Origin: Pseudomonadota bacterium
GTDB lineage: Bacteria; Pseudomonadota; Gammaproteobacteria; Burkholderiales; Burkholderiaceae_C
Assembly (NCBI GenBank): GCA_021792835.1
Contig: JAJYTY010000001.1
Span: 7,722 to 71,721, forward strand
DNA: 64,000 nt
Reading direction: 5' to 3'
The number at the start of each line of letters is the position of its first letter. Position 1 is the first letter of the stretch. A program made the translations under genes and the position numbers. The notes below the pieces were generated by a model that was not told the DNA's origin, ran no database searches, and worked only from the letters and a program-made list of their open reading frames with translations. Shown here piece after piece: positions 52,517 through 60,524 of this stretch.

Positions 52517-53025
52517 GGCAGTTCCTTCCCCGCCGGATTCATGGTTGCCGCACCTGCGGCCTGGCGCGTGCCGAACATGCTCCAGCCGGTCATTTGCAGC
52601 ACCTGCTCGTCATGCTGGTTGCGCAAGTCCCAGCGCGAGCGAACGAGCCCGACCCCGGGACGGCTGCGCATCAACCGGGCGTCCAGCACGATCATGCGCA
52701 ATTGCAGCGTGTCCCCCGGGCGAACCGGCCTGAGCCAGCGCAATTCGTCGAGCCCGGGCGAGCCCAGGCTGCTGCTGCGCAGCACGTAGCTGTCGCACAT
52801 CATGCGCATGCACATCGCGCAGGTGTGCCAGCCGCTGGCGCTGAGTCCGCCGAACAGCGAGGCCGAGCCCGCGTCGTCGTCCAGATGGAAGGGTTGCGGG
52901 TCGAATTCGCAGGCGAAGGCGACGATTTCGTCGCGCCCGACGTTGCGCGAGCCGCAGTCGAGTTCCAGCCCGGCCGGGAAATCCTCCCAGTACAGGCGTT
53001 CTCCGGATGGGACCGATGCTTGCAT
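52513..53025 (-). CDS. MaoC-family dehydratase
   Basis: LYWEDF..G, FA..FDPQPFHLD, ASGWHT, LRW..PV.PGD.L. Confidence 0.9.
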   Translation of the reverse strand: MQASVPSGERLYWEDFPAGLELDCGSRNVGRDEIVAFACEFDPQPFHLDDDAGSASLFGGLSASGWHTCAMCMRMMCDSYVLRSSSLGSPGLDELRWLRPVRPGDTLQLRMIVLDARLMRSRPGVGLVRSRWDLRNQHDEQVLQMTGWSMFGTRQAAGAATMNPAGKELP

Positions 53026-53180
53026 GCAACGATGGTAGCCGGCGCGGGCACGCGGGTGCGGGCGTGCGCCGAGGGGAAGCCGCGAGGCCGGCGCGTATCC
53101 GTGCGTATCAGGGTTTGCCACTACTCGCCGAGGAGCGCAAAATATTGTCTTAACACAATCTTTTCGAGGCGAACCACCCG

Positions 53181-53609
53181 ATGCCCGACCCAGTCAAGCA
53201 TGCGGCCGAAAGCCAGGCCGCGGTACAACGCGCCGTGCAGCGGGCATTGAACCGCGATCTCCAGCCCGGGGAAATTCTCATACTCGGGCGTACCCACGAG
53301 GGGCGCGCATTCCGCCCCAGCGACTGGGCCGAGCGTCTTGCCGGAGTGATGTCGCGCTTCCGCCCGGCGGGCGTCGGGCATGCCGAAGGCCACCTGTGCT
53401 ATTCGCCGCTGTGCATGCCGACGCTGGTCGACGGCGTGCGCGCGGTGGTGGTCAGCCGTGAGCTGGCCGACGTGGAGCCGATGGCCTACGACTTCGTGCT
53501 GCGTTTCGCGCGCGACAACAACCTGCAGACCGTCGAGGCCTGCATGCTCGACGTCGACTCCCCCGACGGCGCGCGCCAGCAGTCCGCCGGCGGGCGCCGC
53601 GTAGCCTGA
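53181..53609 (+). CDS. DUF3579 protein
   Basis: I.G.T..GR.FRPSDWAERL.G, YSP...P....GV..VVV...L...EP.AY.F...FA.DN.L. Confidence 0.88.
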   Translation: MPDPVKHAAESQAAVQRAVQRALNRDLQPGEILILGRTHEGRAFRPSDWAERLAGVMSRFRPAGVGHAEGHLCYSPLCMPTLVDGVRAVVVSRELADVEPMAYDFVLRFARDNNLQTVEACMLDVDSPDGARQQSAGGRRVA

Positions 53610-53628
53610 ACAGGGCAGCGAGCACCTG

Positions 53629-53667
53629 GCGGGCAGCGAGCCCCTGCCCACTGCCTTCGCTGCCCGC
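53629..53667. terminator. GC-rich hairpin between convergent genes
   Basis: GCGGGCAGCGA...TCGCTGCCCGC 11-bp stem; no clear U-tract. Confidence 0.45.
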
Positions 53668-53689
53668 GGGGGTTGCCTCAGGTGCGGGG

Positions 53690-53854
53690 TTACAGCCCCG
53701 CCTGCCACCAGGCCGCGGCCAGCAGGGCCGGCACCAGCATCCAGCCGCCGACGGACGGCCAGGCATGCGCGACGGCCAGGGCCAGCGCGAGGCAGGCCGC
53801 GATCGAGCTGGTGTTGCGCCAGTCGCCGAAGATCAGTTGGATCAGTTTGCTCAT
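53690..53854 (-). CDS. Small (54 aa) membrane protein coupled to the COG4280 gene
   Basis: MSKLIQLIFGDWRNTSSIAACLALALAVAHAWPSVGGWMLVPALLAAAWWQAGL; ATGA overlap with the upstream stop. Confidence 0.65.
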   Translation of the reverse strand: MSKLIQLIFGDWRNTSSIAACLALALAVAHAWPSVGGWMLVPALLAAAWWQAGL

Positions 53855-54594
53855 GCCCGGACTCCGACGGACGGGACGGCGGGTGCGCGCAGTCGCCAGG
53901 CCAGCAAGCGGCCGCACACGGCATAGGTCACGAACAGCAACAGCAGCGTGGGGTCTCCCAGCGGCCACGCCGCGCGCTCGCCCAGCAGGCCTGCCAGGCT
54001 CCAGTAGCTGCCGAAGGACAGCAAGGCGCTGGCGACCAGGAACTTCAGCGTGTTCTCCGGGACGGCGGTCAGCGGCCGGCGCAAGGTCATGCCCACGGCC
54101 ACCACCAGCAGCAGCGCCGCCACCGCGGCCGACGCCGACTGCGCCAGGTTCAGTCCGTGGCCCATCGCGACCACCAGCAGCCAGACCTCCAGGCCCTCCA
54201 GCAGCACGCCCTTGAAGGCGACGATCCACGCCGCGCGCATCTCCGCGTGGCCGAGCGCCTCGCGGGTCTCGCGGAATTCCTCGGCCTCATCGTGCAGGCG
54301 CGTGCGTCCGGCATAGCGGCGCACCGCCTTCACGTACCAGCGAAGTCCGAACAGCAGCAGGAACAAGCCGATCGCCGCGCGCATCGCCAGCATGTCGGCG
54401 CCGATCCAGCGCAGCCCCGCGGCGCTGGCCGCGATCAACGCGGCGACGGCCGCCAGCGCGCATGCCGCGGCCCCGCTGGCTCGCATCCAGCCGATGCTCA
54501 GCGCCACGGCCAGCACGATGGTGAAGGCCTCGACCCATTCGACCGCGCTGGCGGCGAAGATCGCGCCTGCGGCTCCCCAATTCGTCATGTTCAT
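53851..54594 (-). CDS. COG4280-like membrane protein (Ftr1/ILT-like E-x-x-E motifs)
   Basis: SAVEWVEAFTIVLAV, LLLFGLRW..KA, FKGVLLEGLEV, RPL..VPEN.LKF; AAGGAG RBS. Confidence 0.8.
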   Translation of the reverse strand: MNMTNWGAAGAIFAASAVEWVEAFTIVLAVALSIGWMRASGAAACALAAVAALIAASAAGLRWIGADMLAMRAAIGLFLLLFGLRWYVKAVRRYAGRTRLHDEAEEFRETREALGHAEMRAAWIVAFKGVLLEGLEVWLLVVAMGHGLNLAQSASAAVAALLLVVAVGMTLRRPLTAVPENTLKFLVASALLSFGSYWSLAGLLGERAAWPLGDPTLLLLFVTYAVCGRLLAWRLRAPAVPSVGVRA

Positions 54595-55748
54595 CGAACT
54601 TCCATCTCCTTTGCGGTTTCGGTGGATGTTGCGGAGTCCCCTGCGGACCCGCCGGGGGGTGCAGGCGCCGGCGCGCGCTGCGCCGTGTCGCCGAACAGCA
54701 ACGCCTGCCGCGCGTCCAGGCACAGCCGGACCTCGCTGCCCGGGGCGTGCCTCGCCTGGGTCAGCAGGCGTACCGCGACGCCGTGCAGCATGGCCTGCAC
54801 TTCGACGCCCTCGAGCGTCGGCACGCAGCGCAGCACGCGCGCCGCGGCCTGCATGGAAAACGGCCCGCACGACCCCGCTTCGCCAGATCCGCCGGCCGAG
54901 GCTTCGATGCGCAGCGCGGTCTGCGGCAGGTACAGGCGCGTCGCACCGCGCGCGGCCGGGGTCGCCTGCGCGAGCTCGCCCCATGGCGCATGCAGCGCGC
55001 TGCCTTGTTCCTGCAGTGGCCACGGCCCGAGCGCGTGCAGGAAGCGCGCGACCTGCTCGCTGGCCGGCTCCAGCAGCAGTCGGTGCGGCGCATCGATCTG
55101 CAACAGCGTGCCGGCGCTGAGGATTCCGACGCGATCGCCCAGCGCGAAAGCCTCGCGCTGGTCGTGGGTGATGTACAGCGCCGACAGCCCGTGTTCGCGC
55201 ACCACTGCGCCGATCAGCTCGCGCAGTTCCTCGCGCAGCCCCGAGTCCAGGTTGGACAGCGGCTCGTCGCACAGCAGCAGGCGCGGGCGAACCGCCAGGG
55301 CGCGGGCCAGCGCGACGCGTTGCTGCTGTCCGCCGGAAAGTTCGTGCGGCCGGCGCTGCTGCAGCCCGTCGAGGCCGACCCGGCGCAGCATGTCCCGGGC
55401 CTGCGCGACGGCGTCGCGCTGCGCACGCGCGCGCAGGGCCAGCGCGACGTTGTCCAGCGCACTGAGGTGCGGCCACAGCGCATAGTCCTGGAACACCATG
55501 CCCAGGCCACGTTGCTCCGGCGCGAGCGCCGCGGTGCCCGGGGCGTCGACCAGGTGTCCGGCGATTCGCACACTGCCGGAATCGAGTCGTTCCAGCCCGG
55601 CCACCACGCGCAGCAGCGTGGTCTTTCCCGAGCCCGACGCTCCGAGCAGCGAGACGATCTCGCCGGCGGCCACCGACAGGCTGAGCCCGCGCAGGACCTC
55701 GACGCCGTGCAGGCTCTTGCGAACTCCGCTCAGTTCCAGTGCGTTCAC
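54591..55748 (-). CDS. ABC transporter ATP-binding protein (FbpC/PotA type)
   Basis: GASGSGKTT, MVFQDYALWPH, LSGGQQQRVALARAL, DEPLSNLD; GTG start overlapping the permease stop. Confidence 0.92.
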   Translation of the reverse strand: MNALELSGVRKSLHGVEVLRGLSLSVAAGEIVSLLGASGSGKTTLLRVVAGLERLDSGSVRIAGHLVDAPGTAALAPEQRGLGMVFQDYALWPHLSALDNVALALRARAQRDAVAQARDMLRRVGLDGLQQRRPHELSGGQQQRVALARALAVRPRLLLCDEPLSNLDSGLREELRELIGAVVREHGLSALYITHDQREAFALGDRVGILSAGTLLQIDAPHRLLLEPASEQVARFLHALGPWPLQEQGSALHAPWGELAQATPAARGATRLYLPQTALRIEASAGGSGEAGSCGPFSMQAAARVLRCVPTLEGVEVQAMLHGVAVRLLTQARHAPGSEVRLCLDARQALLFGDTAQRAPAPAPPGGSAGDSATSTETAKEMEVR

Positions 55749-57472
55749 GTCGTGGCTCCAGAGTGCGCCGCCGCGGGGGCGTGGGTGGGCGAGGCGGCGG
55801 CGCGCCGCGCCCGCGTCCAGGCCCAGCGCGCCAGCGCGGCAAAGCCCATCAGCAGGCCCATTCCCAGCAACTGCAGCCGCGCCTGCAGGCGCAGCTGGAA
55901 GCCGGCGGCGGCGTTCAGCAACGCCACCGCCAGCGGTGCGTGGCCGGGCGGGTACAGCAGCTGCGATGCGGGAAGCTCGAAGGCCACGTGCAGCGCGGCC
56001 AGCAGCCACGCCGCGCCGAGTGCCGGCGCCAGCAGCGCAGCCTCGATGCGCAGCAGCACCTGCCAGGGCCTCAGGCCGTGCACGCGAGCGGCCTCGGCAA
56101 GGCTGCCGTGCAGTTGCGCCACCGGCCCCTGCAGCAGCCGGGTCGCGGCCGGCAGCGCAAGCGCCACATAGGCCATCGCGAGCAATCCGCTGCCGCCGTA
56201 CCAAGGGGTGATCGGCAGGTTGTACATCTGCACATAGGCGGCCGCCAGCACGATTCCGGGCAAGGCCATGGCCGCCGTCAATCCGAGGTCGACCGCGCGG
56301 CCGAGCCGGCTGTCGCTGCCCAGCGCGCGGGCCGCCGGCCAGGCCAGCGCGGTGGTCAAGCTGGCCGCCAGCACGGCCATGCGCAGCGAATACCCGAAGG
56401 ACGGCAGCAGTTGCAGCGCGTCGTGCAGGAATCCGTCGCCGTGCGAGCTACCGCCTAGCGCGAGGCTGGCCGCGCTGAGCAGCGGGACTCCGAGGGCCAG
56501 CAACGCCAGCAGCGCGGCGCCCGCGCCGTGCAGCCGCGCCTGCCGCGGCGCCAGGCGCAGCGGCGAGGGCGGTCGATGGCGGGCGCCGACGCTACGTGCC
56601 GCCACCGCCCGCCGGCGCGCCACGCCCTGCAGCAGCAGGGCCGGTACGACCAACCCGAGCAGCATCCACGAGGCCGCTGCCGCTTGCGGAAAATTCAGCG
56701 GAAGCGCCGCCACCGACTGCTCGATGGCGTAGGTCGCCATCACCGTGCCGCTGCCCGCGCCGAGGGTGGCGGCGATGGCGAAGTCACTGGCCGACTCGGC
56801 GAAGGCGGCGGCGAAGCCGGCGGCCAGCGCCGGCAGCAGCGCGGCGGCGGCCAGCAGCAGGCGCTGGCGGCGCCGCAGTCCGAGCACGCGCGCCGCCTCC
56901 TGCGGTGCCGCCGAAGCGCCGCGCAGGCTGAGTTGCAGCGCCAGGAAGGTGTAGGGCAGCGCCTTGAACGCCAGGCTGAGCACGATGCCCGTGGGGCCGA
57001 GCAGCGCCTGCGCCGGCGCCAGCAGCCAGGGCAGGTGTGCCAGCGGACCCACCGGCGCGGCCAGCAGCATCCACCCGGAGGCGACGAAGTAGCCCGGCAT
57101 CACCAGCAGCAGCCAGCACCCGGCTTCGATCCATGCGCGCCAGGCCAGTTGCGTGCGCTCGCGCAGCCACGCCAGCCACGCGCCCAGCGGCAGCGCGAGC
57201 AGGCTGGCAGCGCCGGCGGCGAGGAAGCTGTTGCGCAAGGCCTGCGCCCCGCCGTCCTGCCAGGCCTGGGGGAACGCCGCCAGGCTGACATGCAGCCTGC
57301 CGTGCAGCAGTCCGGGAACCAGCGCCTGGCCGAGGAAGCCGCCCAGCGGCCATGCCCACAGCGCCAGGGCCGCCAGCAGCAGTGGCGCCGCCGCCAGCGC
57401 CGCGGCCGCCCTGCGCAGCCGGCGTGCGCCGGCTGTGCGCTCGCGAGTCGTGGCCAGGGCCAATGCCGTCAT
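55745..57472 (-). CDS. ABC transporter permease (duplicated FbpB/AfuB type)
   Basis: Two BPD_transp repeats with EAAR.LG and EAAR.HG loops. Confidence 0.88.
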   Translation of the reverse strand: MTALALATTRERTAGARRLRRAAAALAAAPLLLAALALWAWPLGGFLGQALVPGLLHGRLHVSLAAFPQAWQDGGAQALRNSFLAAGAASLLALPLGAWLAWLRERTQLAWRAWIEAGCWLLLVMPGYFVASGWMLLAAPVGPLAHLPWLLAPAQALLGPTGIVLSLAFKALPYTFLALQLSLRGASAAPQEAARVLGLRRRQRLLLAAAALLPALAAGFAAAFAESASDFAIAATLGAGSGTVMATYAIEQSVAALPLNFPQAAAASWMLLGLVVPALLLQGVARRRAVAARSVGARHRPPSPLRLAPRQARLHGAGAALLALLALGVPLLSAASLALGGSSHGDGFLHDALQLLPSFGYSLRMAVLAASLTTALAWPAARALGSDSRLGRAVDLGLTAAMALPGIVLAAAYVQMYNLPITPWYGGSGLLAMAYVALALPAATRLLQGPVAQLHGSLAEAARVHGLRPWQVLLRIEAALLAPALGAAWLLAALHVAFELPASQLLYPPGHAPLAVALLNAAAGFQLRLQARLQLLGMGLLMGFAALARWAWTRARRAAASPTHAPAAAHSGATT

Positions 57473-57494
57473 CGCGCAGTCTTCCTCGCCGTGC

Positions 57495-58487
57495 TCAATG
57501 CATCACCCGCGAGCTGAACCATTGATCGATGCCGGCCTGGCGCGGTCCCCACGTGAGCGGGTCCAGCAGCAGCGGATCGCGCACGAGCAGGCGCGAGACC
57601 GCGGGCAGCGCGGCAACGCCCTGCAGCAGCGGCTGGTAGTTGGAATCGGCATCGGGGTCCGCCCGCTGCATCACCCGCTGTCCGGCGGGGGACAACACGA
57701 ATTCGACGAAGCGCCGCGCCTGCTGCAGCGTGCCGGCGCGCACGCCTGCACCGATCGCGATGTCCGACGGCAGCGCCGCCTGGGGCGGCGCCGCGACGAT
57801 GCGCAGCCCGGGCTCGCGCGCGGCGAATCCCAGGGCGGCCGAGCTTTGCACGATGGCCACGTCGATCTGCCCATACTGCAGCGCGCGCAGGGTCACGCCG
57901 TTGGTGGGATAGACCTTCAGGCCGTTGCGGTGCAAGGCCTCGAACCAGGCTTCGCCGGCGTGCAGCCCGTCATGCTGCAGCATCGCGGCGACGAAGGGGA
58001 AGGTGGGGCCCGAGATCGCCGGGTTGTTCATGCCGACCTTGCCGCGCAGCGCCGGCCGTGCGAGATCGGCCCACGAGCGCGGCACCGTGCCCAGCCGACG
58101 GGCATTGACCAGCATGGTGCCGGCATAGGTGAGTCCGACCGGCAGATAGCAGAGGTCGGCGGGCTCGAGGCTGCGACCCAGCGTGGAGTAGTGCACGGCG
58201 GGCGTCCAGCCGCAGGCCAGGCGATGCTGCAGCGCGAGCTCGCGCATCGCCACATTGCCGTCGAACCACACGATGTCCCAGCGTGCGCGCTTGCCCTCGG
58301 CCTGCACGCGCGCCTGCAGCGGGCCCGTGCTCAGGTGCACCAGGTCCACCGGGATGCCGGTGCTGCGCGTGAAGGCCTGGGCCACGGCCTGGTCATAGCC
58401 GAAGGCGGCGTACACGGTGAGGGTGTGCGCCCGCGCGGTCGCGAGGCCCAGCGTGCCGGCAAGCAGCAGGAACAGGAGACGTTTCAT
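57495..58487 (-). CDS. ABC transporter solute-binding protein (FbpA/AfuA/PhnS cluster)
   Basis: Signal peptide; LSTG.L.ARV.AE...A.WD..W.DG, GKVG.NNPA.SG, F.EFVLS..GQ. Confidence 0.85.
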   Translation of the reverse strand: MKRLLFLLLAGTLGLATARAHTLTVYAAFGYDQAVAQAFTRSTGIPVDLVHLSTGPLQARVQAEGKRARWDIVWFDGNVAMRELALQHRLACGWTPAVHYSTLGRSLEPADLCYLPVGLTYAGTMLVNARRLGTVPRSWADLARPALRGKVGMNNPAISGPTFPFVAAMLQHDGLHAGEAWFEALHRNGLKVYPTNGVTLRALQYGQIDVAIVQSSAALGFAAREPGLRIVAAPPQAALPSDIAIGAGVRAGTLQQARRFVEFVLSPAGQRVMQRADPDADSNYQPLLQGVAALPAVSRLLVRDPLLLDPLTWGPRQAGIDQWFSSRVMH

Positions 58488-59242
58488 GAGTTGTCGTCGA
58501 GATGGAAGCGCACCCAGATGCGAAAGTGCATCGCCTGCCCGGCCAGGGGCGCCGGAGTCGGCGGATACGGCGCGTCGGCCACCGCGGCCCGCGCCGCGCG
58601 GTCGAGCGAGCCGATGCCGCTGGACTTGACGACCGCGATGTCGCTGACCTTGCCGTCGAGCATGCGAAAGCTCACCAGCACGCGGCCGCCGACGTGCATC
58701 AGGCGCGCCGCTTCGGGGTAGCGCACCGCAGCCTGCACGGCTTCGCGCAGCGCGCCCTCGAAGTTCAGGCGTACCGCGGCGAGGTCCGGCGCGTGCACCG
58801 GCAGCGGCTTGGGCTTGGGCGCCGGCGCCGGGGGCACTACCGGCATGGCCGGCTTGATCGCCGCGCGTGGTGCCGGTGGCGGGGGTTGCAGATGCGGCTG
58901 CACGGGCGGTGCGATCGGCTTGGGCCTGGGCAGCGGATGCGGCCGAGGGTGCGGATGCACCACGGGCTTCGGCTTGGGCAGCGGTTTCGGCAGCGGCTTG
59001 GGGGGCGGCGGCTTCGGCGGAGTCGGCTTGGCGACCACGGGCTTGGGCAGCGGCTTGGGCTGCGTCAGCGTGATCTCGATCGGCACCGGCGGTGGCGGCG
59101 GCGCCGGGCGGCTGATCAGCCACGCCATCACCCCCAGCAGCGCGGCCTCGAGCAGCAGCGCCAACCCCAGCGACGCGGTCCAGCGTCCGCCGCCGCGAGG
59201 CTCGCGCCACTCCTGCGCATCGCTTGCGACGGCCGCGCTCAT
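58484..59242 (-). CDS. tonB: TonB energy transducer
   Basis: Single TM, Pro/Lys-rich spacer, C-terminal YP..AR.....G.V.VSF...G.......SSG...LD.AA. Confidence 0.9.
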   Translation of the reverse strand: MSAAVASDAQEWREPRGGGRWTASLGLALLLEAALLGVMAWLISRPAPPPPPVPIEITLTQPKPLPKPVVAKPTPPKPPPPKPLPKPLPKPKPVVHPHPRPHPLPRPKPIAPPVQPHLQPPPPAPRAAIKPAMPVVPPAPAPKPKPLPVHAPDLAAVRLNFEGALREAVQAAVRYPEAARLMHVGGRVLVSFRMLDGKVSDIAVVKSSGIGSLDRAARAAVADAPYPPTPAPLAGQAMHFRIWVRFHLDDNS

Positions 59243-59640
59243 GATCCGCCGGCCTGCTGCGCCGCCAGGCCGATGCGCGTGACCCCAGCCTTGCGGCACG
59301 CGTCCATCACCTGCATCAGGAGTTGCAGCGAGGTGTGGCGGTCTCCGGCGAGCACGACCTGCAGGCGCGACGGGTCGGGCTTGTTCTCGAGCATGCGCGT
59401 GAGCTGCGCGGCGGACAGGTCGAGGGCGCCGACATGGATCGTCCCCTGGCGGTCGACGACGATCGTGATCTGCGGTCGCGGCAGCGACTTCGCGGTGGAG
59501 CTGGTAGGCAGCCGCGACGCGATTCCGTCGGCCGGAATCATGCGCAAGGTGACCATGATGAAGAACACCAGCAGGAAGAACATGATGTCGATCATCGGAA
59601 TGATCTCGATGCGGGCCTTGCGGGTTTCGAAGTAGCGCAT
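59239..59640 (-). CDS. exbD: ExbD
   Basis: IEIIPMIDIMFFLLVFFIM, AGD......L..VMD....AG. Confidence 0.93.
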   Translation of the reverse strand: MRYFETRKARIEIIPMIDIMFFLLVFFIMVTLRMIPADGIASRLPTSSTAKSLPRPQITIVVDRQGTIHVGALDLSAAQLTRMLENKPDPSRLQVVLAGDRHTSLQLLMQVMDACRKAGVTRIGLAAQQAGGS

Positions 59641-59655
59641 GGACGATGCGGCGGG

Positions 59656-59683
59656 AAAAAGGACGCCACAGCAGGGCTGTGGC
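59656..59683 (-). terminator. Weak intrinsic-terminator-like hairpin between exbB and exbD
   Basis: GCCACAGC-CCT-GCTGTGGC stem followed by GTCC and a 5-U tract on the coding (minus) strand. Confidence 0.45.
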
Positions 59684-59738
59684 CGAAGCGGGCGGCGCGA
59701 GGCGGCCCGCGCTCACGATGTCGGGTGGATGCCGGGTG

Positions 59739-60449
59739 TCACTGCAGCAGTTGCACGCCCTGCGCGCCGGCCGTGCCGCGGTGCGGCGAGGCCTCGTGCG
59801 TGCCGCGCGAGCTCGGTTGCGGCGAGCGGTAGTGGGGGTACATGCGATTGGCCAGCATCAGCTTGATGCGCTCGAGCTGGTGCATGACCAGGCGCACGCG
59901 CTGGTGCAGCGCGTTGAAGGCCACCAGGCCCAGCACGGCGATGAACAGGCCCGCCGCGGTGGCCAGCAGCGCCTCGCCGACTCCGCCGGTCACGGCCTGC
60001 GTGGCGGCGGCCGGGTGGGACAGCGCCTGGAAGGTGTTGAACATGCCGACGATGGTTCCCAGCAGCCCGAGCAGCGGCGCCAGCGTGACGATGGTGTCGA
60101 GCATCCACAGCCCGCGGTCGACTTGCGGCGCCTGGTCCATCACGGCTTCCTCGAGGCGGTCGCTGAAGTGGTCCAGCGGATCGCCCAGGTCATGGCTCAG
60201 CGCCACTGCGACCACATGCGCTGCCGGCGAATCGGCGTCGCCCTGCAGGCGCTCGCGCAGCAGCCCGGTGTCGACGTGCGAGTGCCCCTTGAGTTCGCGC
60301 ACCCAGCGCCGGCACTGCGTCTGCATGCGTCCGAGCGCCCAGGCTCGCTCGATGGCCACGGCAAGCGCCAGCAGCAGCAGCACGGCCATGATGTACAGGA
60401 TTCCGCCGGATTTGTGCGCGGCATCGGCGAGGGTCTGAACGAGGGTCAT
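59739..60449 (-). CDS. exbB: ExbB/MotA/TolQ proton channel
   Basis: L.TI..LAPLLGLLGTI.GM..TF, GVGEAL.ATAAGL..A. Confidence 0.93.
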   Translation of the reverse strand: MTLVQTLADAAHKSGGILYIMAVLLLLALAVAIERAWALGRMQTQCRRWVRELKGHSHVDTGLLRERLQGDADSPAAHVVAVALSHDLGDPLDHFSDRLEEAVMDQAPQVDRGLWMLDTIVTLAPLLGLLGTIVGMFNTFQALSHPAAATQAVTGGVGEALLATAAGLFIAVLGLVAFNALHQRVRLVMHQLERIKLMLANRMYPHYRSPQPSSRGTHEASPHRGTAGAQGVQLLQ

Positions 60450-60485
60450 GATGGGCTCCTGGCAAGGTGGTCCTGATGGCGGGAA

Positions 60486-60512
60486 CCGTGGCGGCGGGAT
60501 CCGCCGCCACGG
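60486..60512. other. Perfect 12-bp RNA hairpin between the receptor gene and exbB
   Basis: CCGTGGCGGCGG-GAT-CCGCCGCCACGG; no U-tract on the coding strand. Confidence 0.7.
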
Positions 60513-60524
60513 GGGCCTTCGGGG

